Source: Sinorhizobium meliloti (GTDB lineage Bacteria > Pseudomonadota > Alphaproteobacteria > Rhizobiales > Rhizobiaceae). From it: 32,000 nt of DNA. The stretch lies in the NCBI RefSeq assembly GCF_017876815.1, contig NZ_JAGIOS010000001.1:2400001-2432000 (forward strand). The letters are read 5' to 3'. Below, in pieces: positions 15,806-25,792 of this stretch. The translations under genes and the position numbers were made by a program. Under the pieces are notes generated by a model that was not told the DNA's origin, searched no databases, and worked only from the letters and a program-made list of their open reading frames with translations. Each line of letters starts with the position of its first letter. Within the stretch, counting starts at the first letter, position 1.

Positions 15806-16714
15806 TCAGCGTTCGGCGTTTGGGAAGTCCGACCGAGCAGTGACCGTGATCTTCTCGTCGTGTGGCAATCTTTCGGGCAGGTCCGCGCGATCGGCCACGA
15901 CGATCCCGTGATCGGTCAGGAGACTGGCAAAGCGATCGTCCTGGCGGAGAACCCGGCCAGTGATGTCTTCGCCGGCGCGGGCAGTGCGGACATGATGGTG
16001 TAGAGGCTCTTCGCCGCTCTCCCGCAAGTCGTCGAATGCGGATCGGATGGCCTCACGGCGGCCCGGCTTCATCGCGTCCTCGATCGCGTGCTTCATCAGG
16101 GGACTGGACGGGTCGTTCGTGGTTTCGATCGACGCCTCGATCATGCGCGGCATGGTGATGAGGGAAAAATCGATCGCGTGCCCGTAGTGGCGGCCCAACT
16201 CGGAAATAAAAGCCTCTTGAGCACGGCCGTTGCCCTCTCTGAATGGATGCACGTAGTTCGGTTCCGAAAGGACCTTTGCGGCCCGCTCGGCAAATTGCTC
16301 CGGCGTTGCCTTGCTAAGGGCCGGCGGATCTGCGATCGGCCTCAGCGCCTCGTTCAGACCCATTTCTATGCGTGAGCCGGGCAGGAAGGATGTGCCGCCC
16401 TGGAAGAGTCCGCCGACAGGCTCGACCCTCTGGCCGTCGACAACGGGACTCTCGTTGCGCGTATGCCCGGCCCATTCGTAAACGTCCTGAAAAATGTACC
16501 TGTGAATCGCCTTCAGGTGGGCCGTGTCGAAATTGCCGCTCGGTCCACTTCCCTGGTTTATCTCGACCAGCCGGATGTTGGTCAGTGCATACTCGGCCGG
16601 TCGAAGTTCGGAATGTGCCGTCAGGTTCAGTTTGTTGCGCAAGACGCCCGTGCGATCTGGATCATCGGTAACGGCAGGGTAGGTGTAAGAGCCCTTCGGC
16701 TGTCCGCTTGCCAT
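15806..16714 (-). CDS. Fic-domain protein with non-canonical active-site motif (HPFREGNGRAQE)
   Basis: The N-terminal part is VbhT/Bep-like (VLRNKLNL, FDTAHLKAIHRYIFQDVYEWAGHTR). Fic loop HPFREGNGRAQE at 16214-16249. The C-terminal ~90 aa carries no motif I recognise. GAGGA ribosome-binding site just upstream. Confidence 0.9.
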   Translation of the reverse strand: MASGQPKGSYTYPAVTDDPDRTGVLRNKLNLTAHSELRPAEYALTNIRLVEINQGSGPSGNFDTAHLKAIHRYIFQDVYEWAGHTRNESPVVDGQRVEPVGGLFQGGTSFLPGSRIEMGLNEALRPIADPPALSKATPEQFAERAAKVLSEPNYVHPFREGNGRAQEAFISELGRHYGHAIDFSLITMPRMIEASIETTNDPSSPLMKHAIEDAMKPGRREAIRSAFDDLRESGEEPLHHHVRTARAGEDITGRVLRQDDRFASLLTDHGIVVADRADLPERLPHDEKITVTARSDFPNAER

Positions 16715-16725
16715 CGATTCCTCAT

Positions 16726-16754
16726 GAAAAAGCCGCCCGGGAATGCAGGCGGCT
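16726..16754 (-). terminator. Terminator-like hairpin between the small ORF and fic
   Basis: The minus strand reads AGCCGCC-tgcattcccg-GGCGGCT followed by TTTTT. It lies in the 62-nt spacer between the stop at 16777 and the fic ATG at 16714. Confidence 0.5.
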
Positions 16755-16776
16755 TGTACAACTCATCGATCGACGA

Positions 16777-16983
16777 TTAGGCGCGCTTGAAGCGCGTCAG
16801 CATCTCTTCGCGAAACTCTTCCGTGGTAATGTCGCCGGCGATAAAGCGGGCGTTGGCCGCCTCGAGCACCGGATCGTGAACATAACCCTGCCGGATATTG
16901 GCAGCCCGCGCCTGCTCGGTGGCCTTGCGGCGCTTCTCGATGGCTTCCGGAGAACGGTCCCGACGGCGGGAATGAACGTTCAT
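16777..16983 (-). CDS. VbhA-family antitoxin-like small protein with degenerate inhibitory motif
   Basis: MNVHSRRRDRSPEAIEKRRKATEQARAANIRQGYVHDPVLEAANARFIAGDITTEEFREEMLTRFKRA aligns by eye with VbhA (...RRRDARNALASQRLEGLEPDP...GELETSDV...). ATG 16983 has GGAG 8 nt upstream; the track start at 16989 is a TTG. Confidence 0.72.
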   Translation of the reverse strand: MNVHSRRRDRSPEAIEKRRKATEQARAANIRQGYVHDPVLEAANARFIAGDITTEEFREEMLTRFKRA

Positions 16984-17019
16984 CGGCAAATCTCCAGTTG
17001 CATGCTACCTTAACAGGGA

Positions 17020-17041
17020 AAATGCTGCAAATCCAGCATTT
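17020..17041. promoter_or_regulatory. Inverted repeat AAATGCTG-N6-CAGCATTT upstream of the small ORF / downstream of yqjG
   Basis: Perfect 8-bp arms at 17020-27 and 17034-41, ~37 nt upstream of ATG 16983. It could be an autoregulatory operator or a weak terminator for the upstream yqjG-like gene. The sequence alone does not distinguish these. Confidence 0.3.
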
Positions 17042-17148
17042 CGCCCCATTTTCCGATGTTTCGAAGGCGGGTTCGACCGTAACGAAACGGCGATGGAAGG
17101 CCGTGTCCGAATTCGGTGGGGAGGACGGACGCGTGCTGACCGCGCCGC

Positions 17149-18141
17149 CTACAGCCGGTCCCGCCCGTGCGGCGCTTCAAGGTCGAGCGCCGGCCCCACC
17201 GGCACGATGCCCGTGGGATTGATCGTCGTATGGCTGCGGTAATAATGCGCCTTGATGTGGTGCATATTCACCGTCTCGGCGACGCCCGGCACCTGGTAGA
17301 GCTCGCGCAGATAGCCGTATAGGTTCGGATAGTCCGCAATGCGGCGGATGTTGCATTTGAAATGGCCGACATAGACCGGATCGAAACGGACGAGAGTCGT
17401 GAACAGCCGCCAATCGGCTTCGGTCAGGCGGTCTCCCGTGAGATAGCGCTTGGACGCGAGGCGGTTCTCCAGTTCGTCCAGCATGGCGAAGAGGGCGGTG
17501 ACGCTCTCCTCATATGCCGCCTGGCTGGTTGCGAAGCCGGCCTTGTAGACCCCGTTGTTGACCGCGTCGTAGATGCGCGCGTTGAGCGCGTCGATTTCCG
17601 GCCGCAGTTCCTGCGGGCAGAAGTCTTCCGTCGAGCCTGTCAGACGATCGAAGGCCGAGTTGAACATGCGGATGATTTCGGCGGACTCGTTCGAGACGAT
17701 CGTGTTCTTCCGCTTGTCCCAGAGGACCGGCACCGTCACCCGGCCGGAATAGACCGGGTCGGCGCGCAGATAGACTTCCCAGAGCATGCGCGAGCCGAAG
17801 AGGTGATCGGCGGTGCCGCCGTTCTCGCCCTCACCGTCCTCTCCCTTGAATTCCCAGCCGTTGGCCAGCATCAGCGGGTCGACGACGGAAAGCGAGACGA
17901 GGTCTTCGAGCTTCTTGAGCTTGCGGAAGATCAGCGTGCGGTGCGCCCAGGGGCAGGCAAGGGACACATAGAGATGATAGCGGCCCGCTTCGGCCTCGAA
18001 GCCGCCTTCGCCGGAAGGGCCGGGCGATCCATCTGCCGTGATCCAGTTGCGGAACTGCGATTCGCTGCGCTTGAAGTGACCGTTCGTTGCACGCGTGTCG
18101 TACCAGACATCCTGCCAGACGCCATTCACCAGCCTACCCAT
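17149..18141 (-). CDS. yqjG: Glutathionyl-hydroquinone reductase (Xi-class GST, YqjG/ECM4 family)
   Basis: YHLYVSLACPWAHRT catalytic CPWA motif. Typical N-terminus MGRLVNGVW..FRNWIT. AAGGAG lies 7 nt upstream of the ATG. Confidence 0.92.
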   Translation of the reverse strand: MGRLVNGVWQDVWYDTRATNGHFKRSESQFRNWITADGSPGPSGEGGFEAEAGRYHLYVSLACPWAHRTLIFRKLKKLEDLVSLSVVDPLMLANGWEFKGEDGEGENGGTADHLFGSRMLWEVYLRADPVYSGRVTVPVLWDKRKNTIVSNESAEIIRMFNSAFDRLTGSTEDFCPQELRPEIDALNARIYDAVNNGVYKAGFATSQAAYEESVTALFAMLDELENRLASKRYLTGDRLTEADWRLFTTLVRFDPVYVGHFKCNIRRIADYPNLYGYLRELYQVPGVAETVNMHHIKAHYYRSHTTINPTGIVPVGPALDLEAPHGRDRL

Positions 18142-18398
18142 GGGCCAACTCCTTTCGATCGTTTGCTGACGCCATAATTAGTGCTGAGAACCGCGGCCGA
18201 TAGATGTGAAATTCCGAACAGTGCGTTTTACCCTTTGACTGGCGGCGTTTTTCTGCTATCGGCGAAAAGGTAGCTCTTTCATCTGGGAAACGATCACCAC
18301 CATGATCCTGTCGGGAAGCCTGCGACGACGCTGATGCTGCAAACGCCCATTCGGGGCGAGCCATCCTCCATGTCCGTTCGCATGCCGGTTCTCGACAC

Positions 18399-18950
18399 AT
18401 GAAAAAGCACGATCTCGTCTATCTGACCGAAGACGCATCCCACGACGCAGCCATCGAAATCATCAATGAAGAGGCCTTCGGGCCGGGTCGCTTCACCCGC
18501 GCCGCTGCGCGGATTCGCGAGCAGGGACCCCATGACCGGGCGCTCTCCTTCATCTGCGCCGATAATGGCGAAACGATCGCATCGGTCCGGATGACGCCGG
18601 TGACCGCCGGCTCGGTGAAAGGACATCTGCTCGGCCCACTTGCCGTCCGGCCCTCGCACAAGAACCAGGGCATCGGCCGGGAACTCGTCCGCATTGCAGT
18701 CGAAGCGGCGCGCCGGAAGGGCTCCGAAGCGGTTATCCTCGTCGGCGATCCGCCCTATTACCAGCCGCTCGGCTTCGAGAAGGTGCGCCATGGCGCGCTC
18801 CAATTCCCGGGTCCCGTCGATCCGGCGAGGGTTCTCGTCGTGCCGGTCGCGCTGGACGTTCACGCGCGGCTTGAAGGCATGATCGCTTGGCGGGATGACG
18901 GCGCCACCTGCCTCACCGCGCGCGCGGAGGCGCAAGGGGCGGCTGCCTGA
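18399..18950 (+). CDS. GNAT-family N-acetyltransferase (YhbS-like)
   Basis: Acetyl-CoA motif A in LAVRPSHKNQGIGRELVRIAVEAARRKG. N-terminal EIINEEAFGPGRF is typical of the YhbS-like subgroup. No clear Shine-Dalgarno sequence. Confidence 0.85.
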   Translation: MKKHDLVYLTEDASHDAAIEIINEEAFGPGRFTRAAARIREQGPHDRALSFICADNGETIASVRMTPVTAGSVKGHLLGPLAVRPSHKNQGIGRELVRIAVEAARRKGSEAVILVGDPPYYQPLGFEKVRHGALQFPGPVDPARVLVVPVALDVHARLEGMIAWRDDGATCLTARAEAQGAAA

Positions 18951-18964
18951 TACCTCGCCGGCGT

Positions 18965-21034
18965 TTACCGGCCCTCGCGGTACCAGGTAGCCGAGATGAG
19001 GAAGAGCAGTGCCGCCAGGCCGAAGAGCCCCGCGAAAAGCGAAAGAGAATCGATGCCTTTCAGCACCGTCTCGTCGGTCATGCGCAGCGACAGGCGTTGA
19101 TCGTCGGCGACGCGGACGGCGCCGCGAACGGGGAGGATAGACGGGAGGTCGACCGGTCCGTCGGCGCTCGCCAGACGGCGGACCAGGCCCTTCGTCTTCT
19201 CCGCCCAGGGTTCGATCTTCTCTTCCGTGGAAATCGCCGCCTTGAATTCGGGCGCGTCGACATTGCCGACATGGACGAGCGTCGTCAGTTCGTCGTTGGC
19301 AACTTCGAAGAGGCCGATTTCATTGGTCTCGACCTCAGCCTTGTAGAGCCCCGGCTCGCCTTCCGTGAGCGTGACTTCCTGGGTCCGGCCGGAAGGATAG
19401 GTGAGGGTCGCCTGGCCGGGATCTCCTTCGATCGTCTGGCGCGTGATCTCGAGCGTCCGGCCCATCGCGCGAGCGGTAAGCGCCTCCTCTTCGAGCGCCG
19501 GTTCCTGCATCAGCCAATGCGCCGTGCGGCGATAGAGCGAGACATGCGGCCCACCCCCTTCGAAGCCGCGCGCCCACAGCCAACCCTGGTCGGAGAGCAG
19601 CATGGCGACACGCCCCTTGCCGACGCGGTTGAGGACCAGCAGCGGCTTGCCGTCTGCCGCTTCCATCACCGTCTGGCCGAGCGGCCTGTCCACATCGACG
19701 GTACGGAACCAGCGGCCCCAGGCCGGCGGTTCGTCCGCTGCCCCTTCGAGCCCGCGGGTGACCGGATGCTTCTTTCCTTCCTCCGAGAGCCGGGGGAAGA
19801 ACGCCTTCTCGTTCATGACGCCGGTCGGCGTTGCCGGCAGCACCGCCGCAAGCGGGGTCGCAGCGATCGAATCGTCGCCGGCGTGCTCCGGCCCGGCGGC
19901 GATCAGCAACGCTCCACCGTTCTGCACGTATTGGGCGATGTTGTCGTAATAGAGGATCGGCAGCACGCCACGATGCTGGTAGCGATCGAAGATGATGAGG
20001 TCGAATTCGCTTATCTTGTCGACGAAAAGCTCCCGCGTCGGGAAGGCGATGAGCGAGAGTTCGTTGATCGGCGTGCCGTCCTGTTTCTCCGGCGGCCGCA
20101 GAATGGTGAAATGGACGAGATCGACCGCGGCATCGGATTTTAGGAGGTTGCGCCAGGCGCGCTCGCCCGCATGCGGCTCTCCGGAAACGAGGAGCACGCG
20201 AAGATTTTCGCGGATGCCGTCGAGCACATGGACGGCGCGGTTGTTCGTCTCCGTCACTTCGCCGGCAACCGGATTGACGGCGAATTCCAGGATGTTGTTG
20301 CCGCCGCGCGGTACGGTAAAGGTGAACGGAACGTCCGTGCCGGGCTCCGCCTGCTCCGTGGCGATCTCGTTGCCGTTCAGGCGGATCGTCACCTCGGCGC
20401 TGCCGCCGGGAGCCGCGCCGTCGTCCACGACCCGAAAGGTCATTCTCTGCTGTTCGCCGACGATGCCGAAGCGGGGCGCGCTGACGATTTCGATGCGCCG
20501 GTCGAACTCGTCCGGCTTGCCGCTGATCAGGGCGTGGACGGGCGCATCGAAGCCGAGCTTCTGGTTGACATCCGGCACGTCGTGGATCTGGCCGTCGGTA
20601 ATGAAGATGGCGCCGCCGACACGGGCGGGCGGCACGTCTGCAAGCGCCGTTGTCAGGGCGCCGAAGAGCCTGGTCGAGGGCGCCTCGGTTTCCTCGCCGT
20701 CGGCGGCTTCGACGATGCGCGCCTCGATCTGGGGGAAACGGGAAAGGCGTTCCTTGAGACCTTCGAGCGCCTGGTCCGTCTGCGCGCGGCGGTCACCGTT
20801 CTCCTGGCTCTGGCTGCGGTCGACAACGACGGCGACAATGGTAAAGAGGGGTTCGCGCTCCTCCTGGAAGAGGACGGGATTTGCAAGCGCAAGGCAGAAT
20901 GCAGCAAGCGCCGCCGCCCTGATCCAGGCTCCGCGAACGCCGCGCCAGATGCCGAGTGCCGCCAGAACGGCTGCGACAAGCGTCAGTGCCGCGAGATAGG
21001 GCCAGGCGAGAAGCGGCGAGAAATCGATTGTCAT
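18965..21034 (-). CDS. Membrane protein with vWA-like and GATase1-like domains, last gene of the MoxR operon
   Basis: Two N-terminal TM helices and one C-terminal TM helix. DxSxS MIDAS-like motif DRSQS at 20807-20821. The stretch LIIFDRYQHRGVLP...GGALLIAAGPE resembles the class-I amidotransferase-like fold found in BatA-cluster proteins. Confidence 0.72.
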   Translation of the reverse strand: MTIDFSPLLAWPYLAALTLVAAVLAALGIWRGVRGAWIRAAALAAFCLALANPVLFQEEREPLFTIVAVVVDRSQSQENGDRRAQTDQALEGLKERLSRFPQIEARIVEAADGEETEAPSTRLFGALTTALADVPPARVGGAIFITDGQIHDVPDVNQKLGFDAPVHALISGKPDEFDRRIEIVSAPRFGIVGEQQRMTFRVVDDGAAPGGSAEVTIRLNGNEIATEQAEPGTDVPFTFTVPRGGNNILEFAVNPVAGEVTETNNRAVHVLDGIRENLRVLLVSGEPHAGERAWRNLLKSDAAVDLVHFTILRPPEKQDGTPINELSLIAFPTRELFVDKISEFDLIIFDRYQHRGVLPILYYDNIAQYVQNGGALLIAAGPEHAGDDSIAATPLAAVLPATPTGVMNEKAFFPRLSEEGKKHPVTRGLEGAADEPPAWGRWFRTVDVDRPLGQTVMEAADGKPLLVLNRVGKGRVAMLLSDQGWLWARGFEGGGPHVSLYRRTAHWLMQEPALEEEALTARAMGRTLEITRQTIEGDPGQATLTYPSGRTQEVTLTEGEPGLYKAEVETNEIGLFEVANDELTTLVHVGNVDAPEFKAAISTEEKIEPWAEKTKGLVRRLASADGPVDLPSILPVRGAVRVADDQRLSLRMTDETVLKGIDSLSLFAGLFGLAALLFLISATWYREGR

Positions 21035-21044
21035 CGCCGGGTCC

Positions 21045-23858
21045 TCATTGTCCGAGCCGCTCGAGCAGGGCGGGCACGTGCACCTGGTCGGCCTTGTAGT
21101 TGCCGGTCAGCATGTACATCATGATGTTGACACCGGAGCGAAAGGCGTATTCGCGCTGCATTTCGTCCGGCGGCACGGTCGGCAGCAGTGCGACTCCGTT
21201 CGAATCCACTGCCCATGCACCGGCAAAGTCGTTGCCGGTGATGATGATCGGCGTCACCCCGTCGCCCGGTCGCGCCGGCCGGTTGCTCGGTTCCTCGCGA
21301 CTATCGAGCTGGGATTCGATCCAGAGGGGGCTGCCGGTATAGCGGCCGGGAAAATTCGTCAGCAGATAGAAGGCCTTGGTCAGGACATGGTCGGCCGGAA
21401 CCGGCTCCAGCGGCGGTATGTCGAGATTGCCGAGGATCGCCTGGAGACGTTCGGTGTTCGCGCTCGTTCCGGTCGATGAAGAGCCGAGCGAGGAAAACTG
21501 ATCACGCGTGTCGAACAGCACCGTGCCGCCCGCTCGCATATAGGCATCGATTCGGCTGACGGCTTGCGGGCTCGGCATGGGCGCGCTGGCGGAAATCGGC
21601 CAGTAGATGATGGGGTAGAGGCTCAATTCGTCCTTGGAGATGTCGAGACCGACGGGCGCGCCGGGCTCGAGCGTGGTGCGATAGGTCAGGAAGTCGGTGA
21701 GGCCTCTCAGCCCGTCTTCGGAAAGGCGGTCCACCTCTTCCTCGCCGGTGACCACATAGGCGAGGTGCGTGGTGTCCAGCCGCTCGAGGATGCGCTGGTC
21801 GTCCGGGCGCGCGTCGTCGGCAAAGGCCTGCGGCGGGGCGAGGAAGAAGGTTCCGGCGAGGACCATGATGATTGCCGAAGTGGCCCTTGCCATCCGAGCG
21901 CGTGAAAAGACGCCACCCATGAAGAGAACGATCAGGGCGTCCGCGAGCAGCAGCAGGAGGGCGAGCGTCATCAGCGCCGGCTTCAGCGACCAGCTTTCCG
22001 CACCGGCCAGCCGCTCGGAGGTATGGGGGCCGGCGGTGGTCATGTCGATCCGCTTGAGCTCGGCGTCGCGCGGTAAGAGATTGAGCGCCGTGAAGCCGTC
22101 CTCGGAGCCGTAGAGCCCCGGAGGATTGTCGGCTGTCGCGACCGGTGCCTTGCCGGGCACGATGTCGAGGGGACGGGCATTGCCCGTTTCGGCGACGAGC
22201 ACGCCATCGGCGTTCAGAAGCCGGTAGGGCGGCAAGGTCTGCGCCTTCACGGCCTTGCCGTCGCTGGCGATACCGCCGCCGCGCGAAAGCTGGACACTGC
22301 GGCGGAGCATCTCAACGAAATGGCCCGAGATCGGCAGGTTCGACCATGTGGCCTCGGCGCTGACGTGAAAGAGCACGATGCGGCCGGCCCCGCGTGTCGC
22401 AGTCGTGACCAGCGGTGTGCCGTCGGCGAGGTTTGCCCATGTGCGCTCCGCCAGATCGGCTGTCGGTTCGGCCAGAACCTGCCGCTTGACGAGAATGTCA
22501 GTGGGGCGGGCCATGCCGGCGAAGGGGCTGTTGCCGGGATAATCGGCGAGCGGCTGCGGTTCGGACCAGGAGAGCGCGCCGCCGAGCGCCCGTTCGCCCT
22601 GGCGAAGGGTGACCGGGACGAGCGGATCGTCGGCAGGTGCGGCTGCCAGCCGGGGGCCGGCGAAGCGGATCAGCGTGCCGCCGTTGTCGATCCATTTCGC
22701 AAGCAGGGGATAGGTCTCCTCCGGCAGCCGGCCGATGTCGGCCATGATCAGAACCGAGGGACGCTGCTCCAGAAGCTCCGGAATCGCAACGGCAAGATCG
22801 CTCTGGCGGGGCTCGACGAGATCGGCATAGGGGGCGAGCGCCCGATTGATATAGTAGAGCGGCGAGAGCAGCGGCTGCGACAGGTCACGTGCCTCGCCGC
22901 TCAACAGAGCCACGCGACGGCGGCGGAAGCCGTCGTCGAGGAGATGCTGGGCGCCGGCAGTCGCGGCTCCTTCGATGCCGATGCGGGCGAAGTCGTTGCG
23001 CAGTTCGAACGGGGCCTCAATCATCCCCTTGGCGGTCGCTGCGCCGGGTGCGAAATCGATCGTACCACTGGCGATCGCACGGCCGCGGGTATCGAAGGCA
23101 ACGATGGGCAAGGAACGGCCGTCGTCGGTCTTCAGCCGGCTCGCCGTCACCGACATGCCGCCGGACTCGTTGCTCGTCGCAGTGAGTGCCACGGCCTCGC
23201 TGCCGTCCGCTTCGATCACCTTGAGACCGGCCGCGCCGATCCCGGCCAGTGCCTCCATCGTCTTGCCGTCGCCCCCTTCGATGCCGTCGGTGAGGAAGGC
23301 GACCGTTCCGGGAGGCGCGTCTTCGAAGGCCGCCTGCAAGGCCGCGATTGCGGAACCACGGTCGGCAGGCAGCGGTTCGGGCCTCGCTGCCGCCAGCCGG
23401 TTGCGCGCAGTGCTCGCCGAGCCTGGCGTCGCGTCGTGCTGGCGCTCTCCGGTGAAGACGATCGAAACCGCAACATCCTTCGCCTCGGCGTCGTCGATCA
23501 GCGCCGAGGCGGCTTCGACACGCCGCTCCCAGTCGGGCGCCGTTGCCCAACTGTTGTCGATCAGCAGCGCCAGCGGCCCGGAGGTCGCGAGCGTATTGCT
23601 GCGCGGGTTGAAGACGGGGTCGGCGATCGCGAAGATGACGGCGGCGGCCATCAGCATCCTGAGAAGGGTCAGCCACCAGGGGCTTTTCGAGGGTGTCTCC
23701 TCGCGCTTCATCACCGAGGCCAGGATGCGCAGCGGCGGGAAGATTTCGGCCGCAGGTCTCGGGGGCGTCATGCGCAGCAGCCACCAGATCACCGGCAGTG
23801 CCACGAGTGCTGCCAGAATGGCGGGGTTGGCAAAAATGAAGGAGAGGCCGCCGATCAT
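21045..23858 (-). CDS. BatA-N-terminal (double-TM) / DUF4159-type large membrane protein
   Basis: The N-terminus FANPAILAALVALPVIWWLLRMTPPRP...FPPLRIL is the aerotolerance-regulator N-terminal double-TM signature. The C-terminal ~220 aa (...IIITGNDFAGAWAVD...VNIMMYMLTGNYKADQVH) resembles DUF4159. 4-nt ATGA overlap with the upstream DUF58 gene. Confidence 0.8.
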   Translation of the reverse strand: MIGGLSFIFANPAILAALVALPVIWWLLRMTPPRPAAEIFPPLRILASVMKREETPSKSPWWLTLLRMLMAAAVIFAIADPVFNPRSNTLATSGPLALLIDNSWATAPDWERRVEAASALIDDAEAKDVAVSIVFTGERQHDATPGSASTARNRLAAARPEPLPADRGSAIAALQAAFEDAPPGTVAFLTDGIEGGDGKTMEALAGIGAAGLKVIEADGSEAVALTATSNESGGMSVTASRLKTDDGRSLPIVAFDTRGRAIASGTIDFAPGAATAKGMIEAPFELRNDFARIGIEGAATAGAQHLLDDGFRRRRVALLSGEARDLSQPLLSPLYYINRALAPYADLVEPRQSDLAVAIPELLEQRPSVLIMADIGRLPEETYPLLAKWIDNGGTLIRFAGPRLAAAPADDPLVPVTLRQGERALGGALSWSEPQPLADYPGNSPFAGMARPTDILVKRQVLAEPTADLAERTWANLADGTPLVTTATRGAGRIVLFHVSAEATWSNLPISGHFVEMLRRSVQLSRGGGIASDGKAVKAQTLPPYRLLNADGVLVAETGNARPLDIVPGKAPVATADNPPGLYGSEDGFTALNLLPRDAELKRIDMTTAGPHTSERLAGAESWSLKPALMTLALLLLLADALIVLFMGGVFSRARMARATSAIIMVLAGTFFLAPPQAFADDARPDDQRILERLDTTHLAYVVTGEEEVDRLSEDGLRGLTDFLTYRTTLEPGAPVGLDISKDELSLYPIIYWPISASAPMPSPQAVSRIDAYMRAGGTVLFDTRDQFSSLGSSSTGTSANTERLQAILGNLDIPPLEPVPADHVLTKAFYLLTNFPGRYTGSPLWIESQLDSREEPSNRPARPGDGVTPIIITGNDFAGAWAVDSNGVALLPTVPPDEMQREYAFRSGVNIMMYMLTGNYKADQVHVPALLERLGQ

Positions 23859-24775
23859 GAGAGCCCCCCATGGGCGGCTCGGCCCGGCATGCCTGAAAGA
23901 TGCATATGCACCGCGACCAGGGCTTCCGAGGCCGCCCGGTCGGTTCTGTGCGGAATGAAGGTCCAGCCGAGATGGCGCAGGCTCGTGCCGAGGCTGTCGC
24001 GGCGGGCGCGATAGGCACGCTGGTAATCCTCACGCAGGATCTCGGCGCGCCCCGCGGTCAGCTTCTCGCCGGTTTCGGGGTCGGTGAACTCGGTTCTGCC
24101 GGCATAGGGGAAGACTTCCTCCGCCGGATCGGCGATCTCCACGACATGGCCTCGCAGGCCCCGGCGGGCGAGCGGTCCAAGTCGTTCCATCACCCGGTCG
24201 GCCGGGTCGAGAAAATCGCCGATCAGAACCAGGTCGCTGGCGCCGCGTATCATCCCGGTATCGGGCAGGCCCTCCGAAAGCGGACTATGCATGATTGCGG
24301 TTGCCAGCCGCTCGGCGGCATTGCGTGCCGAAACCGGCTCCATCACGCCGGGGCAGCCGATCCGCTCGCCGGAACGGGCGAGAATTTCGGCAAGCGCCAG
24401 CATCAGCACCAGAGCGCGGCTTTCCTTCGAAACGGCGCCGAGCGTCGATTTGTACATCATCGAGGGCGAGAGATCGGCCCAGAGCCAGATCGTGTGCGCT
24501 GCCTCCCATTCGCGGTCGCGAACATAGGTGTGGTCGTCCTTGGCGGAGCGGCGCCAGTCGATGCGCGAAAGGCTCTCGCCGTCGCTGTAAGGGCGGAACT
24601 GCCAGAAGTTCTCGCCGATGCCGCGCTTGCGCCGGCCGTGCCAGCCGGTGATTACCGTGTTGGCGATCCTGCGCGCTTCGACGAGACAGTCTGGCACGAG
24701 CATCGCGCGCTGCTGCGCGCGCGACAGGACCTCACCGGACGGGGTACGCGCGACAATGTGCCCGATCGAGGCCAT
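23855..24775 (-). CDS. DUF58 (vWA-like) protein, MoxR partner
   Basis: FRPYSDGESLSRIDWRRSAKDDHTYVRDREWE is the DUF58 core. MIDAS-like DLSPS at 24461-24475. It starts 4 nt after the moxR stop. Confidence 0.88.
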   Translation of the reverse strand: MASIGHIVARTPSGEVLSRAQQRAMLVPDCLVEARRIANTVITGWHGRRKRGIGENFWQFRPYSDGESLSRIDWRRSAKDDHTYVRDREWEAAHTIWLWADLSPSMMYKSTLGAVSKESRALVLMLALAEILARSGERIGCPGVMEPVSARNAAERLATAIMHSPLSEGLPDTGMIRGASDLVLIGDFLDPADRVMERLGPLARRGLRGHVVEIADPAEEVFPYAGRTEFTDPETGEKLTAGRAEILREDYQRAYRARRDSLGTSLRHLGWTFIPHRTDRAASEALVAVHMHLSGMPGRAAHGGLS

Positions 24776-24778
24776 GCG

Positions 24779-25792
<1,014 letters not shown>

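Noticed and set aside
18234-18261. TTTGAC-N16-CTATCG as the promoter of the GNAT gene.
   Set aside because: It is a reasonable match to the rhizobial -35/-10 consensus. However, it would imply a ~130-nt leader, and nothing else supports it. It is too weak to list as a feature.
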